Assembly (NCBI GenBank): GCA_043800755.1
Contig: JAZDMQ010000132.1
Span: 1 to 34,732 of the forward strand
Direction of reading: 5' to 3'
DNA: 34,732 nucleotides
Origin: a bacterium
GTDB lineage: Bacteria; Methylomirabilota; Methylomirabilia; CAVQYV01
Every line of letters begins with the position of its first letter. Within the stretch, counting starts at the first letter, position 1. Made by a program: the position numbers and the translations under genes. Below, in pieces: positions 9,415 to 18,209 of the stretch. Below the pieces are notes generated by a model. The model did not search any database, had not been told where the DNA came from, and saw nothing but the letters and a program-made list of their open reading frames with translations.

Positions 9415-10865
9415 CCAGCATCAGCCTCTGGATCATCCTGGGCTGGCTCATCCTCTCCACCGTGGTGGGGGTCATGGCCGGGGTGAAGCGGAAGTTCTCC
9501 ATGGAGGAGTGGTTCGTAGGACAGCGGGGCTTCGGCCTGATCCTCTTTTATGTGGTGGCCGCGGCCGAGATCTATAGCGCTTTCGCCTTCCTGGGCCTGG
9601 CTGGGTGGGCCTACAAGTTCGGCGCCCCCATCTTTTATGCCCCCATGTATAATGTCCTGGCCTACACCCTCTTTTTCTTCATCGGCCCCCTGATCTGGAG
9701 ATATGGCAAGGCCCACGGGTATGTGACCCAGCCCGATTTCTTCATCCACCGCTACCAGTCCCCCTCCCTGGGGGTGGTGGTGGCGATCATCGGCTTCCTC
9801 TTCACCATCCCCTACCTGCAGCTCCAGATCATGGGGACCGGCATGATCATCCAGCTCGCCAGCGGCGGGGCGATCAATTGGCAGGCCGCGGTCATCGTCT
9901 CCTCACTGGCGTCCATCATCTTCGTCACCGTCAGCGGCCTGCGTGGGATTGCCTGGACCAATCTGCTGCAGGCCATCCTCATGCTGGTAATCATGTTCGC
10001 AGTGGGAATCCTCTTTCCGCAGAAGTTCTTCGGGGGGGTGGGGCAGATGTTCCAGCGGCTGGCCGAGGTCAGCCCCCAGCATCTGATCCTGCCGGGAAAG
10101 TCAGGGGCCATGGGATTGGGATGGTATACCAGCACCATCTTGATGTCGGCCCTGGGCTTCTGGATGTGGCCCCACCTCTTTCTCACCACCTACTCGGCCA
10201 AGAGCACCCAGATCATCCGCCGGAATGCCGTGATCCTTCCCCTCTTCGCCCTCGCCTTGATCCCGGTCATCATCGTGGGCTACACTTGTTTTTTGGTGGT
10301 GCCGGGGCTGAAGGAGCCGGACCACGCCATGCTCATCACCCTGACCCGCTTTTTCCCCCCCTGGATGGCGGGCCTGGTGGGGGCCGGAGGGACGGCGGCC
10401 GCCATCTCCACCTCCTCCGCCCTCACCCTCTCCGCCTGCACCCTCTTTGCGCGCAACATCTATCAGCGGGGAATGAATCCCAAGGCCAACGATGATCAGG
10501 CCGCCCACCTGGCCCGCTGGCTGGTGCCCGTGGTGACGGCCGCCGCAGTGGCCCTCACCTTTCTGCGGCCCAAGATGCTGGTGGCCCTGCTCCTCCTCGG
10601 ATACTCCGGCATCACCCAGTTCTTCCCCGGGGTCATCTTAGGACTCTTCTGGAAGCGGGCGACCAAGGCCGGGGTCTGTGCCGGGATGATTGCGGGGATC
10701 GGGACGCTGCTTCTCATCAATTATGGGCTCAAGGCGTCCTCCCCTTATGGGCTCTTCTTCGGCTTCTGGGGCCTGCTGGTCAATCTGGCCGTCTGCCTCC
10801 TAGTCACCCTCTGCACTAGTCCTCCTCCCAAAGAGGCCCTGGACCGCTTCTACGCCGCCAAGTGA
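9411..10865 (+). CDS. Sodium:solute symporter family protein
   Basis: EIYSAFAFLGLAGWAY, GLRGIAWTN, AAAISTS and about 13 TM segments. ATG at 9411 is coupled to the upstream stop. Confidence 0.92.
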   Translation: MTSISLWIILGWLILSTVVGVMAGVKRKFSMEEWFVGQRGFGLILFYVVAAAEIYSAFAFLGLAGWAYKFGAPIFYAPMYNVLAYTLFFFIGPLIWRYGKAHGYVTQPDFFIHRYQSPSLGVVVAIIGFLFTIPYLQLQIMGTGMIIQLASGGAINWQAAVIVSSLASIIFVTVSGLRGIAWTNLLQAILMLVIMFAVGILFPQKFFGGVGQMFQRLAEVSPQHLILPGKSGAMGLGWYTSTILMSALGFWMWPHLFLTTYSAKSTQIIRRNAVILPLFALALIPVIIVGYTCFLVVPGLKEPDHAMLITLTRFFPPWMAGLVGAGGTAAAISTSSALTLSACTLFARNIYQRGMNPKANDDQAAHLARWLVPVVTAAAVALTFLRPKMLVALLLLGYSGITQFFPGVILGLFWKRATKAGVCAGMIAGIGTLLLINYGLKASSPYGLFFGFWGLLVNLAVCLLVTLCTSPPPKEALDRFYAAK

Positions 10866-10877
10866 GCGGCGCTGGCC

Positions 10878-11735
10878 TTACTTGATCTCGGCGACTCCGT
10901 TGCCCGGGCTCGACCATTTCTCGTAGACCTTGGGATCATGGCCGGGCACGATCAGATCGGGCGATGAGGCAACCTCTTTGATCCTCTCCAGGGTCTTATA
11001 CGCGTCGAAGCTGCACTGACCGGTCCCGATGGGGGTCATGGTGTCGATGTTCTCAAACATATAAACGATGTCAGACGCCAGTACGGCCGTCCCGGAGGCG
11101 GTGTTGACCGAGACCCATTGGAATCCGTAGGTATGCTTCCCTCCCAGGTAACACTTGATCCCGGGGATGATCTCCTTGTCGCCTTCGATCAGCTTCACTC
11201 GTCCGTCCCAGTTCCAATTCACCAGGGCCAGGACATCCTCTCTATTCAAACCGATCTTCCCAAAGTTGCTCTGAGCCGCCTCTCCGGCTGCGAACTCCAG
11301 CTCATCCTTCTGCATCCAGATGGTCGCCTTGGGATTGAAGTTCTTGATGTTTCCGGCGTGGTCCCAGTGGGCATGGGTGAGGAGGATGTCGGTGACCTCC
11401 GCCGGGTTCAGGCCGATCTTGGGAAGCAACTTGTCCGTCCGGGTCCAGTCCTTGATGCCCCACTTGGTGACGAATTTCTCATCGGAGAATCCCGTGTCCA
11501 CCACGATGACCCGGCCATTCCCCGCGATGACCCAAAAGGACCAGTCCAGGGTCATCTTTTCCCCGGGAGTCCCCAGATTGAAGAGGTAGCTCCGATCATA
11601 GCCCTCCATCGTTCCGTAGTGAATGGCATAGACCTGGTATTGAGGTTTGCAGGCATGGGCTGCCCAGGTGGGACTGAGGGTCCCCACCATCAGGGAGAGA
11701 GAGAACAACGCCAGCACCAACCATAGCTTCCTCAT
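10878..11735 (-). CDS. Exported N-acyl-homoserine-lactonase-like metallo-beta-lactamase-fold hydrolase
   Basis: VVDTG, THAHWDHAG (HxHxDH), HT-G, ASD, PGHD, and an N-terminal Sec signal. Confidence 0.85.
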   Translation of the reverse strand: MRKLWLVLALFSLSLMVGTLSPTWAAHACKPQYQVYAIHYGTMEGYDRSYLFNLGTPGEKMTLDWSFWVIAGNGRVIVVDTGFSDEKFVTKWGIKDWTRTDKLLPKIGLNPAEVTDILLTHAHWDHAGNIKNFNPKATIWMQKDELEFAAGEAAQSNFGKIGLNREDVLALVNWNWDGRVKLIEGDKEIIPGIKCYLGGKHTYGFQWVSVNTASGTAVLASDIVYMFENIDTMTPIGTGQCSFDAYKTLERIKEVASSPDLIVPGHDPKVYEKWSSPGNGVAEIK

Positions 11736-11794
11736 CTTCGCTCCTTTCCGAAAGGGTTGTTTGTTCCCAGGTACAATAGTACGAGCTGGCTACT

Positions 11795-11823
11795 GTTTTA
11801 GGACAGCGCCCTCGATTTGTCAA
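11795..11823 (-). promoter_or_regulatory. Sigma70-type promoter for the MBL hydrolase
   Basis: TTGACA-N17-TAAAAC. Confidence 0.5.
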
Positions 11824-11827
11824 CCTG

Positions 11828-12775
11828 CTAATCTAAACCAACTCGCTTCAAGTTCTGCAACTCTTCATAGACCTTTCGAGTAAAGGGAACCTCTATTCCC
11901 AACGATTGGCCCAGGCGCAATATGGTCCCCCCAAACAGGTCACGCTCATCCGCCTGGCCCGCTTGTTCGAAATCTCTCTGCAAAGAGGTCTTGGCACCGT
12001 AAGGAAAGCCCCTCGCCCGGCGAAACGAATCCTCCACCATGGTGGGAGGTAATTGCACCCCCTTGCCTTCAGCCAACCGATCGATTTCCCTCATGATGCC
12101 CAACACATAATCACTCAGCTCCTGCGATTCGATCACCTGGCCGATCGTCCGGTCAAAACGGGCGGTGACCAATCCGAAGGAGGCGATGAAGACGAACTTC
12201 TCCCAAATCGCCGGGAAGGGATCATCGACCCACTCATGCCTTATGCCGCCTCTCTCGAATAGGTGAAGTACATCCTGAGGAAGATGGTCCCGGTGTCGGG
12301 GATCTTTTCCCAACAAGATCTTGCAGTCTCCGCCCGTCTGCACCACCTTGCCGGGGCGCTCAATGTGCGCGGCGATATAGACACAAGCCGGAAGGACGAA
12401 GCCCTGCGAGATGATCGCCCTCGTTCTCTCGTAGATATCAACGCCATTCAACAAAGGTACGATCAAGGTCTCTTCGGTGATCACCTGGTTGATCTCTTTG
12501 AGTATCTGCGTCAAATCGAACGCCTTCACACACAGCAGACACAAGTCCAGTGCAGGCAAATCTGTGGCTCTGTCCGTTGCCAAGGTGGGTCGGCAGATGA
12601 ATTCCCCTTCAGCGACCGTGTTTACCATCAGACCCGTCTCACGGATCTCATCCAGATGGGCGCCCCGGGCAAGGAAGTAGATCTGTGTCGATTGCTCGGA
12701 GGCTGCCATCCGGCATAGCTTGCCCCCCAAATATCCTCCCACTCCCCCCACCCCGATTACGCCAATACGATCCAT
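11828..12775 (-). CDS. panE: Ketopantoate reductase (PanE/ApbA) family
   Basis: GVGGVGGYLG, LARGAHL, LLNGVD, IWEKF, KTSLQRD. Confidence 0.85.
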   Translation of the reverse strand: MDRIGVIGVGGVGGYLGGKLCRMAASEQSTQIYFLARGAHLDEIRETGLMVNTVAEGEFICRPTLATDRATDLPALDLCLLCVKAFDLTQILKEINQVITEETLIVPLLNGVDIYERTRAIISQGFVLPACVYIAAHIERPGKVVQTGGDCKILLGKDPRHRDHLPQDVLHLFERGGIRHEWVDDPFPAIWEKFVFIASFGLVTARFDRTIGQVIESQELSDYVLGIMREIDRLAEGKGVQLPPTMVEDSFRRARGFPYGAKTSLQRDFEQAGQADERDLFGGTILRLGQSLGIEVPFTRKVYEELQNLKRVGLD

Positions 12776-12821
12776 GATGGTGTCGATCTCCTATCCTGTC
12801 CCTCCCACAGCCCCTAAGGCC

Positions 12822-12850
12822 GTTCTACCACGAGGCAGGAAGACTGTCAA
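12822..12850 (-). promoter_or_regulatory. Sigma70-type promoter for the panE-like gene
   Basis: TTGACA-N17-TAGAAC. Confidence 0.5.
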
Positions 12851-12925
12851 TGATCGATCGGCAAGAGTCGGCTGACTGTGCAGGTCCCTCCAGAACACCG
12901 AGAAGCCTTGGATTGCACGCCGCAA

Positions 12926-13744
12926 TCACCCTTCAATCCGCATCCCGCGCAGCTTCCGCATATTTCTCCCCCAGATCCAACGCACCAGGGCAGGACTAAT
13001 TCGCTGCAAGAGCCACTGAGATCTTGCAAATCCAGTCACCACGATGGTCGTTCGGTTACGCTCCACGCCGCGCAGGATCTTTTGGGCGCATATCTCGGGC
13101 GCCATCGCTTTGGGCAGAGCGGCGGAGGCTTTTTGACCATCGATCTTGATCAATTTCGAGGTATGCAAGATAGGGGTATCAATAATTCCCGGGCAGACCA
13201 CGCTCACCCGCACCCCCAGGTCCGCCCCCTCGATCCGCAGGGCATGAGAAAGGCCCACCACGCCATGTTTGCTCGCCGTGTAGGAAATGACCCCCGTGAC
13301 CGGGACTATCCCAGCCAGAGAGGCGGTATTGATGATGTGCCCGAAGCCCTGTCTCACCATGGCCGGATAGGCCGCCGCCACCCCGTTCACCACCCCGTAG
13401 AGATTGATGTCGATCACCCGGCGCCAATCTTCGTAGGAAAAGTCTTGGGCCTCGCCAAATATCCCGATGCCCGCGTTGTTGAAGAGGTAATCCAGCCGGC
13501 CATGCTCCGCGGTCGCATCATCCACCATTCTCTTGACCGCTGCGAAATCAGAGACATCCAGCTTGACCGCCCTCGCCCGCCCGCCCGCTTTCTTGATGGC
13601 CTCGACGGCCTCATCGAGCAAGGGGCCATTTAGGTCGGCCATGATCAGGTACGCCCCGCGCCTCGCCATTTCCTCGGAAAGCACCTTGCCGATGCCGGAG
13701 GCAGCCCCGGTCACAATGACGATCTTTCCCGAAAAAATGTCCAC
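12926..13744 (-). CDS. Short-chain dehydrogenase/reductase
   Basis: TGAASGIG, NNAG, YTASK. Confidence 0.93.
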   Translation of the reverse strand: MDIFSGKIVIVTGAASGIGKVLSEEMARRGAYLIMADLNGPLLDEAVEAIKKAGGRARAVKLDVSDFAAVKRMVDDATAEHGRLDYLFNNAGIGIFGEAQDFSYEDWRRVIDINLYGVVNGVAAAYPAMVRQGFGHIINTASLAGIVPVTGVISYTASKHGVVGLSHALRIEGADLGVRVSVVCPGIIDTPILHTSKLIKIDGQKASAALPKAMAPEICAQKILRGVERNRTTIVVTGFARSQWLLQRISPALVRWIWGRNMRKLRGMRIEG

Positions 13745-14010
13745 TCTCCCTTACCCCCGTTCTTGAAGGTCCGATTCCGCAGCTCGTAATCGTTCAGCCA
13801 GAAAGACGCGGAACGCTGATCTCTTTGCCCAATCTCTACCGGCTTATGCCCAACGGTAATCCACATACCGCGATGCAACAGGATTGTCAATCGTAATTAT
13901 CAAGAGAAACGCACGGAAGATGACACCCTTTCATGGAAATGCCCCCCTCTGTCCCCGGACCGACACCGGGCTCGAGGGCTCAGCCAATAGAGGCAGCCCA
14001 TAGAAACATC

Positions 14011-14039
14011 TTGACTTGAAATTGTGGGTGGGGTAACTT
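14011..14039 (+). promoter_or_regulatory. Sigma70-type promoter
   Basis: TTGACT-N17-TAACTT. Confidence 0.5.
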
Positions 14040-14045
14040 GGTTTT

Positions 14046-14177
14046 AATTAGAGTGTCTCTTCCGAAAAGGCTGAAGGTATCAACCGGTTTTCGTCGGAAA
14101 CCAAAAGGATGAAATTGGCCCTTTTCCAGGGTGAAAAAGAGCCCGTGCGGTCGTCTCAGACCGAGGGGCTTTTTTTG
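14046..14177 (+). promoter_or_regulatory. Putative attenuator/riboswitch leader or small RNA ending in an intrinsic terminator
   Basis: AGCCC-GTG-CGGTC...GACCG-AG-GGGCT followed by a T-run lies between the promoter and the 14201 gene. Upstream stems: GAAAAGG/CCTTTTC and CCGGTTTTCGTC/GATGAAATTGG. Confidence 0.5.
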
Positions 14178-14200
14178 TTTGCGCGGGGAGGAGAGAAAAA

Positions 14201-14608
14201 GTGAGGAATTATCAGAGGATCTCTCATTTGGTGTTGGCTCTGACGATCATCCTGTTGGCCCTCCTTCCCACGGCGGGATTCTCCCAGGGTCAGGTCACGA
14301 TATCCGATTTCACGGTCCTCGACTGGTTCAAAGCGGTCAAGCTGACCTGGAAGGCAGCGGCCCCTTCGGGCACTGAAGCGGTCTTCGAGATCTATCGCAG
14401 CGATAAGGAAACGGGATCTTATGTGCTGGTGCAAGAGGTCAGATTGGGCGACAAGGAATTCATTGATGTCATTACCAAAACCTATTCCTTCCTGGACAAG
14501 AAGTGTGAGCCCGGCCGCAGTTATTACTATAAGCTGGCGCTGCGAGGGACTGATCAGGCCTTCGGCCCCTTCCGAGGGCTCGCCTCCGGGGCCCCTCCCG
14601 GCACTTGA
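14201..14608 (+). CDS. Secreted FN3/Ig-like hypothetical protein
   Basis: Signal peptide; VKLTW...FEIYRS...YSFLD...PGRSYYYKL pattern typical of FN3-like domains. Confidence 0.7.
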   Translation: MRNYQRISHLVLALTIILLALLPTAGFSQGQVTISDFTVLDWFKAVKLTWKAAAPSGTEAVFEIYRSDKETGSYVLVQEVRLGDKEFIDVITKTYSFLDKKCEPGRSYYYKLALRGTDQAFGPFRGLASGAPPGT

Positions 14609-14759
14609 TGGTGGGGTGGGGGCAGGCTCGATTGGAGTCTCCTCCGAGGAGGGACCAAGTCGGCTCTAAACCGCATTCGGGGAAAGGGGGTGATGGAGAA
14701 CGAGACTGGTTCGTCAAGGGATGAGTTGCAATCTTCGTTAGTCAAGGGGGAGGAAGAGC

Positions 14760-15887
14760 ATGAAAAAGGCGATTTTCCTGGCAGGATTGGTTCTGTTGAT
14801 GGGGGCCACCCTGGCCTTCGCGGGGCCCACCGTCTCCATCGTGAAGTCGGACAATCACGAACTCTCCGGGGAGCAATGGAACTTCTCCATGTACGATTTC
14901 GGCAAGCGATGGGAGACCACCTGGACCCCTGAGAGCGAGGCCTACATCGAGAAAATGGTGCGTCAGGCCGTGGACCTAGCCGGTGGCCTGCCGGTGAAGG
15001 CCGGCGACAGCGTCTGCATCAAGGTAAACCTGGTGCAGGATGCCTGGTATGTCCTTTCCATGGAGCTGACCAAGAACGACATCGACCCGGTGAAATATCC
15101 GGTCCCCGACCAGAAAAGTATCAATCACCTGATGCAGTCGATCCTCACCGATGCCCGGGTGGCCAAGGCGGTCTGCAAGATCGCCCAGGAGAAGGGCGCC
15201 AAGAGCGTCGCCATCTTAGAGGGGCCCAACGCGGGGCTGACGGCCGCCTACTACCTGGTCTACGGATACAAGGATTGGGCGACCAAGATGGGGGTCAAGC
15301 TGCTCGATCCGGATGTCAACTGCACCCTGGGCACCTACAAGCCAAAGACCAAGAGTCCGGCCCTGCCCGAGTACGTCCTTCCCAACGAGTGGGTCAACGC
15401 CAATTGCCGGATCTCCATCGGCAAGATGAAGACCCATGACAACTCCGGAATCAGCCTGACCCTCAAGAATGTGGCAGTGGGCATCGTCCCCCGCTCCGTC
15501 TATGGGGCGATCAAGCTGGGTCTGCCCCACGGTAACATGCACCATGTGGTGGCCGATGTGAACTCCATCTGCCCTGCCACCTTCTCCATCGTGGATGGCC
15601 TGTGGGGCATGGATGGATGGGGGGCCTTCCATGGACGACCGGTCCCCTCGGACCTCATCATTGCCGGCAAAGACGGAGTAGCGGTGGATGGCGTAGGTGC
15701 CATGTGCATGGGGACCCTGCCCTGGATCTATGGAGGCATACGGGAGTGCAAGAATGCCGGGATCGGAACCTATGACAACATCAATGTCGTAGGGACCAAG
15801 CTGGAGGATGCGGTGATCATCTATATGCCGGTACCTCCGGGCAAGCATCCCGACTCCAGCGCCTCCGGGGTGCTCGGCTGGCGTTAG
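14760..15887 (+). CDS. DUF362-domain protein with Sec signal peptide
   Basis: VCIKVNLV, TDARV, KMKTH...SLTLKN, IVDGLWGMDG-G, IIAGKDGVAVD. Signal MKKAIFLAGLVLLMGATLAFA. Confidence 0.85.
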   Translation: MKKAIFLAGLVLLMGATLAFAGPTVSIVKSDNHELSGEQWNFSMYDFGKRWETTWTPESEAYIEKMVRQAVDLAGGLPVKAGDSVCIKVNLVQDAWYVLSMELTKNDIDPVKYPVPDQKSINHLMQSILTDARVAKAVCKIAQEKGAKSVAILEGPNAGLTAAYYLVYGYKDWATKMGVKLLDPDVNCTLGTYKPKTKSPALPEYVLPNEWVNANCRISIGKMKTHDNSGISLTLKNVAVGIVPRSVYGAIKLGLPHGNMHHVVADVNSICPATFSIVDGLWGMDGWGAFHGRPVPSDLIIAGKDGVAVDGVGAMCMGTLPWIYGGIRECKNAGIGTYDNINVVGTKLEDAVIIYMPVPPGKHPDSSASGVLGWR

Positions 15888-15917
15888 TCCTTAGGCCTTA
15901 GAGGCCAATCCGCTGCA

Positions 15918-15946
15918 AAAAGGGGCTGCTTATTGCAGCCCCTTTT
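15918..15946 (+). terminator. Intrinsic terminator
   Basis: AAAAGGGGCTGC-TTATT-GCAGCCCCTTTT. Confidence 0.85.
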
Positions 15947-15996
15947 CATTTCCGCCCTAAGACCGCCTATCGGCAGGAAGGGGAAGGGAGGGGAAA

Positions 15997-16116
15997 GGGG
16001 TCACATTCTTCATCTGTCATTTGAAATCCCTTTCGCCGTCCGAAGACCTTTCCGATCTCCTCATTCCGATAGACGCCCAATTGATAAACGACGCAGATGG
16101 CAACATCCCTATTCGG
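15997..16116 (-). pseudogene. Possible C-terminal fragment of a RAYT/IS200-like transposase
   Basis: Unannotated minus frame reads PNRDVAICVVYQLGVYRNEEIGKVFG, which resembles the HTH tail of REP-associated tyrosine transposases (from memory only). Confidence 0.3.
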
Positions 16117-16185
16117 ACAACACCCCTGCGAGCACCTAACAGCGAATCAGGATGCTCCTGCTCTGCTCCCCCTTCATGGCCGCAC

Positions 16186-16992
16186 TCAAAGCCCCACCTT
16201 CCTGCGTTGGAAATCCACCGCGCCTGATCGACGCATGAGCCAGTCGCCAAGAGAAGGGGCCACTTCGTTGAGCACAAATACCCAGCGCAGAGGGGGAGAG
16301 TTGACGATCACCTCCAGTCTTTGGCGCGCGATGGCATCGACCACCGCTTGTGCGACTTGGGAAGGGGTGCAAGATCCAACCATCAAAGGCGGCGTCATGC
16401 CGAATTTCGCAAACATCCCGGCCTGCGTGATGTAGCCCGGAAAGATCGTAGAAAAGTGAACCCCGGTGTCCGCCAGCTCCAAGCGCAATCCACGCGTCCA
16501 TTCAGCTAGCCCAGCCTTGGTGCCGCAGTAGGTCGCACCATAGGGACCCCCACTCTTCGCGCCCATAGAGGCCATATTGACGATGTGACCGGTCTTCTGA
16601 CGAAGCATGTGCGGGAGTACGAGGTAGGTCAGAGCCATGGGGGCGACGAGGTTCACTTCGATCGTCTCATCGATTGCTTCCCAGGGCAGGCCCAAAAAGG
16701 CCCCTTCCGTCTCTAACCCCGCATTGTTGATGAGAATATCAATCGAACCGAATTGTTCCAAGACAGAAGAGACGAGCCCTTGCCGCTGTGCTGCTTGTGC
16801 AAGATCAACCGGCACCACGATCGTCCGCACCCCGAATTCGCTCAGGGCCTTGGACACGTTGTGCAAGCCTTCTTCCGATCGTGCGGCAAGGGCGATATGG
16901 GCCCCTCGCCTCGCCAGGGCCTTGGCGATGACCGGGCCGACACCCCGAGATGCGCCGGTCAGAAGGACATGCTTTCCGCTCAACTGAGCCAT
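16186..16992 (-). CDS. Short-chain dehydrogenase/reductase (probable last integron cassette)
   Basis: TGASRGVG, NNAG, YCGTK. Lies directly downstream of the attC at 17055-17126. Confidence 0.9.
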   Translation of the reverse strand: MAQLSGKHVLLTGASRGVGPVIAKALARRGAHIALAARSEEGLHNVSKALSEFGVRTIVVPVDLAQAAQRQGLVSSVLEQFGSIDILINNAGLETEGAFLGLPWEAIDETIEVNLVAPMALTYLVLPHMLRQKTGHIVNMASMGAKSGGPYGATYCGTKAGLAEWTRGLRLELADTGVHFSTIFPGYITQAGMFAKFGMTPPLMVGSCTPSQVAQAVVDAIARQRLEVIVNSPPLRWVFVLNEVAPSLGDWLMRRSGAVDFQRRKVGL

Positions 16993-17054
16993 CGTCTGCT
17001 CCTTCTGGGGTGACGACCCCTGGGCTGCTCTGGGTTGTATGCGATCTCCTCGCC

Positions 17055-17126
17055 GCCTGACACTCCGGTTGAGCGGCTTGACTCAGCAAACAACAGGGCC
17101 AAGTCCGCTCCAACCTGTGGTTAGCC
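17055..17126 (-). mobile_element. Integron attC site with degenerate R' (GTCAGGC)
   Basis: Minus strand GGCTAAC CACAGGTTGGAGCGG...CCGCTCAACCGGAGT GTCAGGC. R'' GGCTAAC complements the GTTAGCC that opens the mgsA cassette. Confidence 0.8.
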
Positions 17127-17188
17127 ACTTGAACTATGATTTTTTACAACTTGTCTTCTTCGACCAACTCGATTGCACCTTGTCCTGC

Positions 17189-17656
17189 TTATTCTCCCCC
17201 GGTTATCTTCCGGGTTCGATACACATCATAATCCGGCACAAGACGATCATAATCGCCATCCATCAAGGGGGAGGAGATCATAAAATCTGCAGAAGCGCGA
17301 TTGCAGGCAATGGGAATGTTCCAAACGACCGCCATGCGCAAGAGCGCCTTGACATCTGGATCGTGGGGCTGCGGTTCGAGCGGATCCCAGAAAAAGATGA
17401 GAAAATCGATATCGCTGTCGGCTATCTTGGCGCCGATTTGCTGATCCCCGCCCAATGGCCCACTCTGGAGTTTGGTAATTTTAAAGGCAAGCTCTTGTTC
17501 CAAAATCTCCCCGGTTGTCCCTGTTGCATATATCTTGTGGTGAGCCAAGAGCACTCGATTGAATTTTGCCCATTCAACCAGATCACGCTTCTTGTTGTCG
17601 TGCGCAACAAGAGCAATCTTCTTATCATGCTCCATCGCGATTTTTTTATAAGTCAT
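17189..17656 (-). CDS. mgsA: Methylglyoxal synthase (integron cassette)
   Basis: [45 protein letters not shown]. Confidence 0.96.
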   Translation of the reverse strand: MTYKKIAMEHDKKIALVAHDNKKRDLVEWAKFNRVLLAHHKIYATGTTGEILEQELAFKITKLQSGPLGGDQQIGAKIADSDIDFLIFFWDPLEPQPHDPDVKALLRMAVVWNIPIACNRASADFMISSPLMDGDYDRLVPDYDVYRTRKITGGE

Positions 17657-17712
17657 ACAAATTTATCCCCTTCTCTACCAATATAGTGAGCATAATCCAT
17701 GGATTTCAATGT

Positions 17713-17776
17713 GGCTAACGCTAAGGCTCACCGGGAGCCGGATTTTTTGGCGATCCGGTGGAGCCGTTTGTTGGAC
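17713..17776 (-). mobile_element. Integron attC site
   Basis: Minus strand GTCCAAC AAACGGCTCCACCGG...CCGGTGAGCCTTAGC GTTAGCC (64 bp). Confidence 0.9.
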
Positions 17777-18134
17777 TATCTTTTTCCTTTCTATTTATCC
17801 GCCGAATCTCTGCAGCAACAGTTGGCCAGAAACGCCTGCTCACTACTACGTGCATAAGCGGACGGATCCCTGTTCTTTTGATCGCTTCAAATTCAAAGAA
17901 CTTGGGATAGATACGCTCAATTATCACGGTTAGGAGTAAGAGCGGTGCAAAATAAACAATTAAGATGGCTTGGAAGAGAGTAAGGAAAATGAATCTCGCG
18001 CCTCCCACCATTCGGCCCACTGCCGCATCAATCTGAGGTTGATAAAGCCGTTCTATTGAATTGAGCAGAAGGGGGAAGAGCGCGTTGAGGAAGATCCAAA
18101 CAATGACGATCCACAGTATAGTCGTGAGGTTCAT
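17721..18134 (-). CDS. Hypothetical two-TM membrane protein (integron cassette)
   Basis: AT-rich ORF bounded by attC sites with two hydrophobic segments. It reads through its own attC to a TAG at 17721. Confidence 0.65.
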   Translation of the reverse strand: MNLTTILWIVIVWIFLNALFPLLLNSIERLYQPQIDAAVGRMVGGARFIFLTLFQAILIVYFAPLLLLTVIIERIYPKFFEFEAIKRTGIRPLMHVVVSRRFWPTVAAEIRRINRKEKDSPTNGSTGSPKNPAPGEP

Positions 18135-18143
18135 TCTTAAAAG

Positions 18144-18209
18144 GTCCAACGCCCGCGGCTTCAGCTGTGGACGCCGAAGGCGGCCATCTGCTGGAAGCCG
18201 CTGTTAGAC
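18144..18209 (-). mobile_element. Integron attC site
   Basis: Minus strand GTCTAAC AGCGGCTTCCAGCAG...CAGCTGAAGCCGCGGGC GTTGGAC (66 bp). The cassette gene's TAA lies inside R''. Confidence 0.9.

Noticed and set aside
13848..13854. GCCCAAC (GTTGGGC on minus) upstream of the first SDR as a possible cassette boundary
   Set aside because: There is no attC palindrome and no matching R'' after the gene; a normal TTGACA promoter lies just upstream.
13981..14006. Short direct repeat CAGCCAATAGA / CAGCCCATAGA upstream of the -35 box
   Set aside because: It could be an operator, but two imperfect copies are too little evidence.
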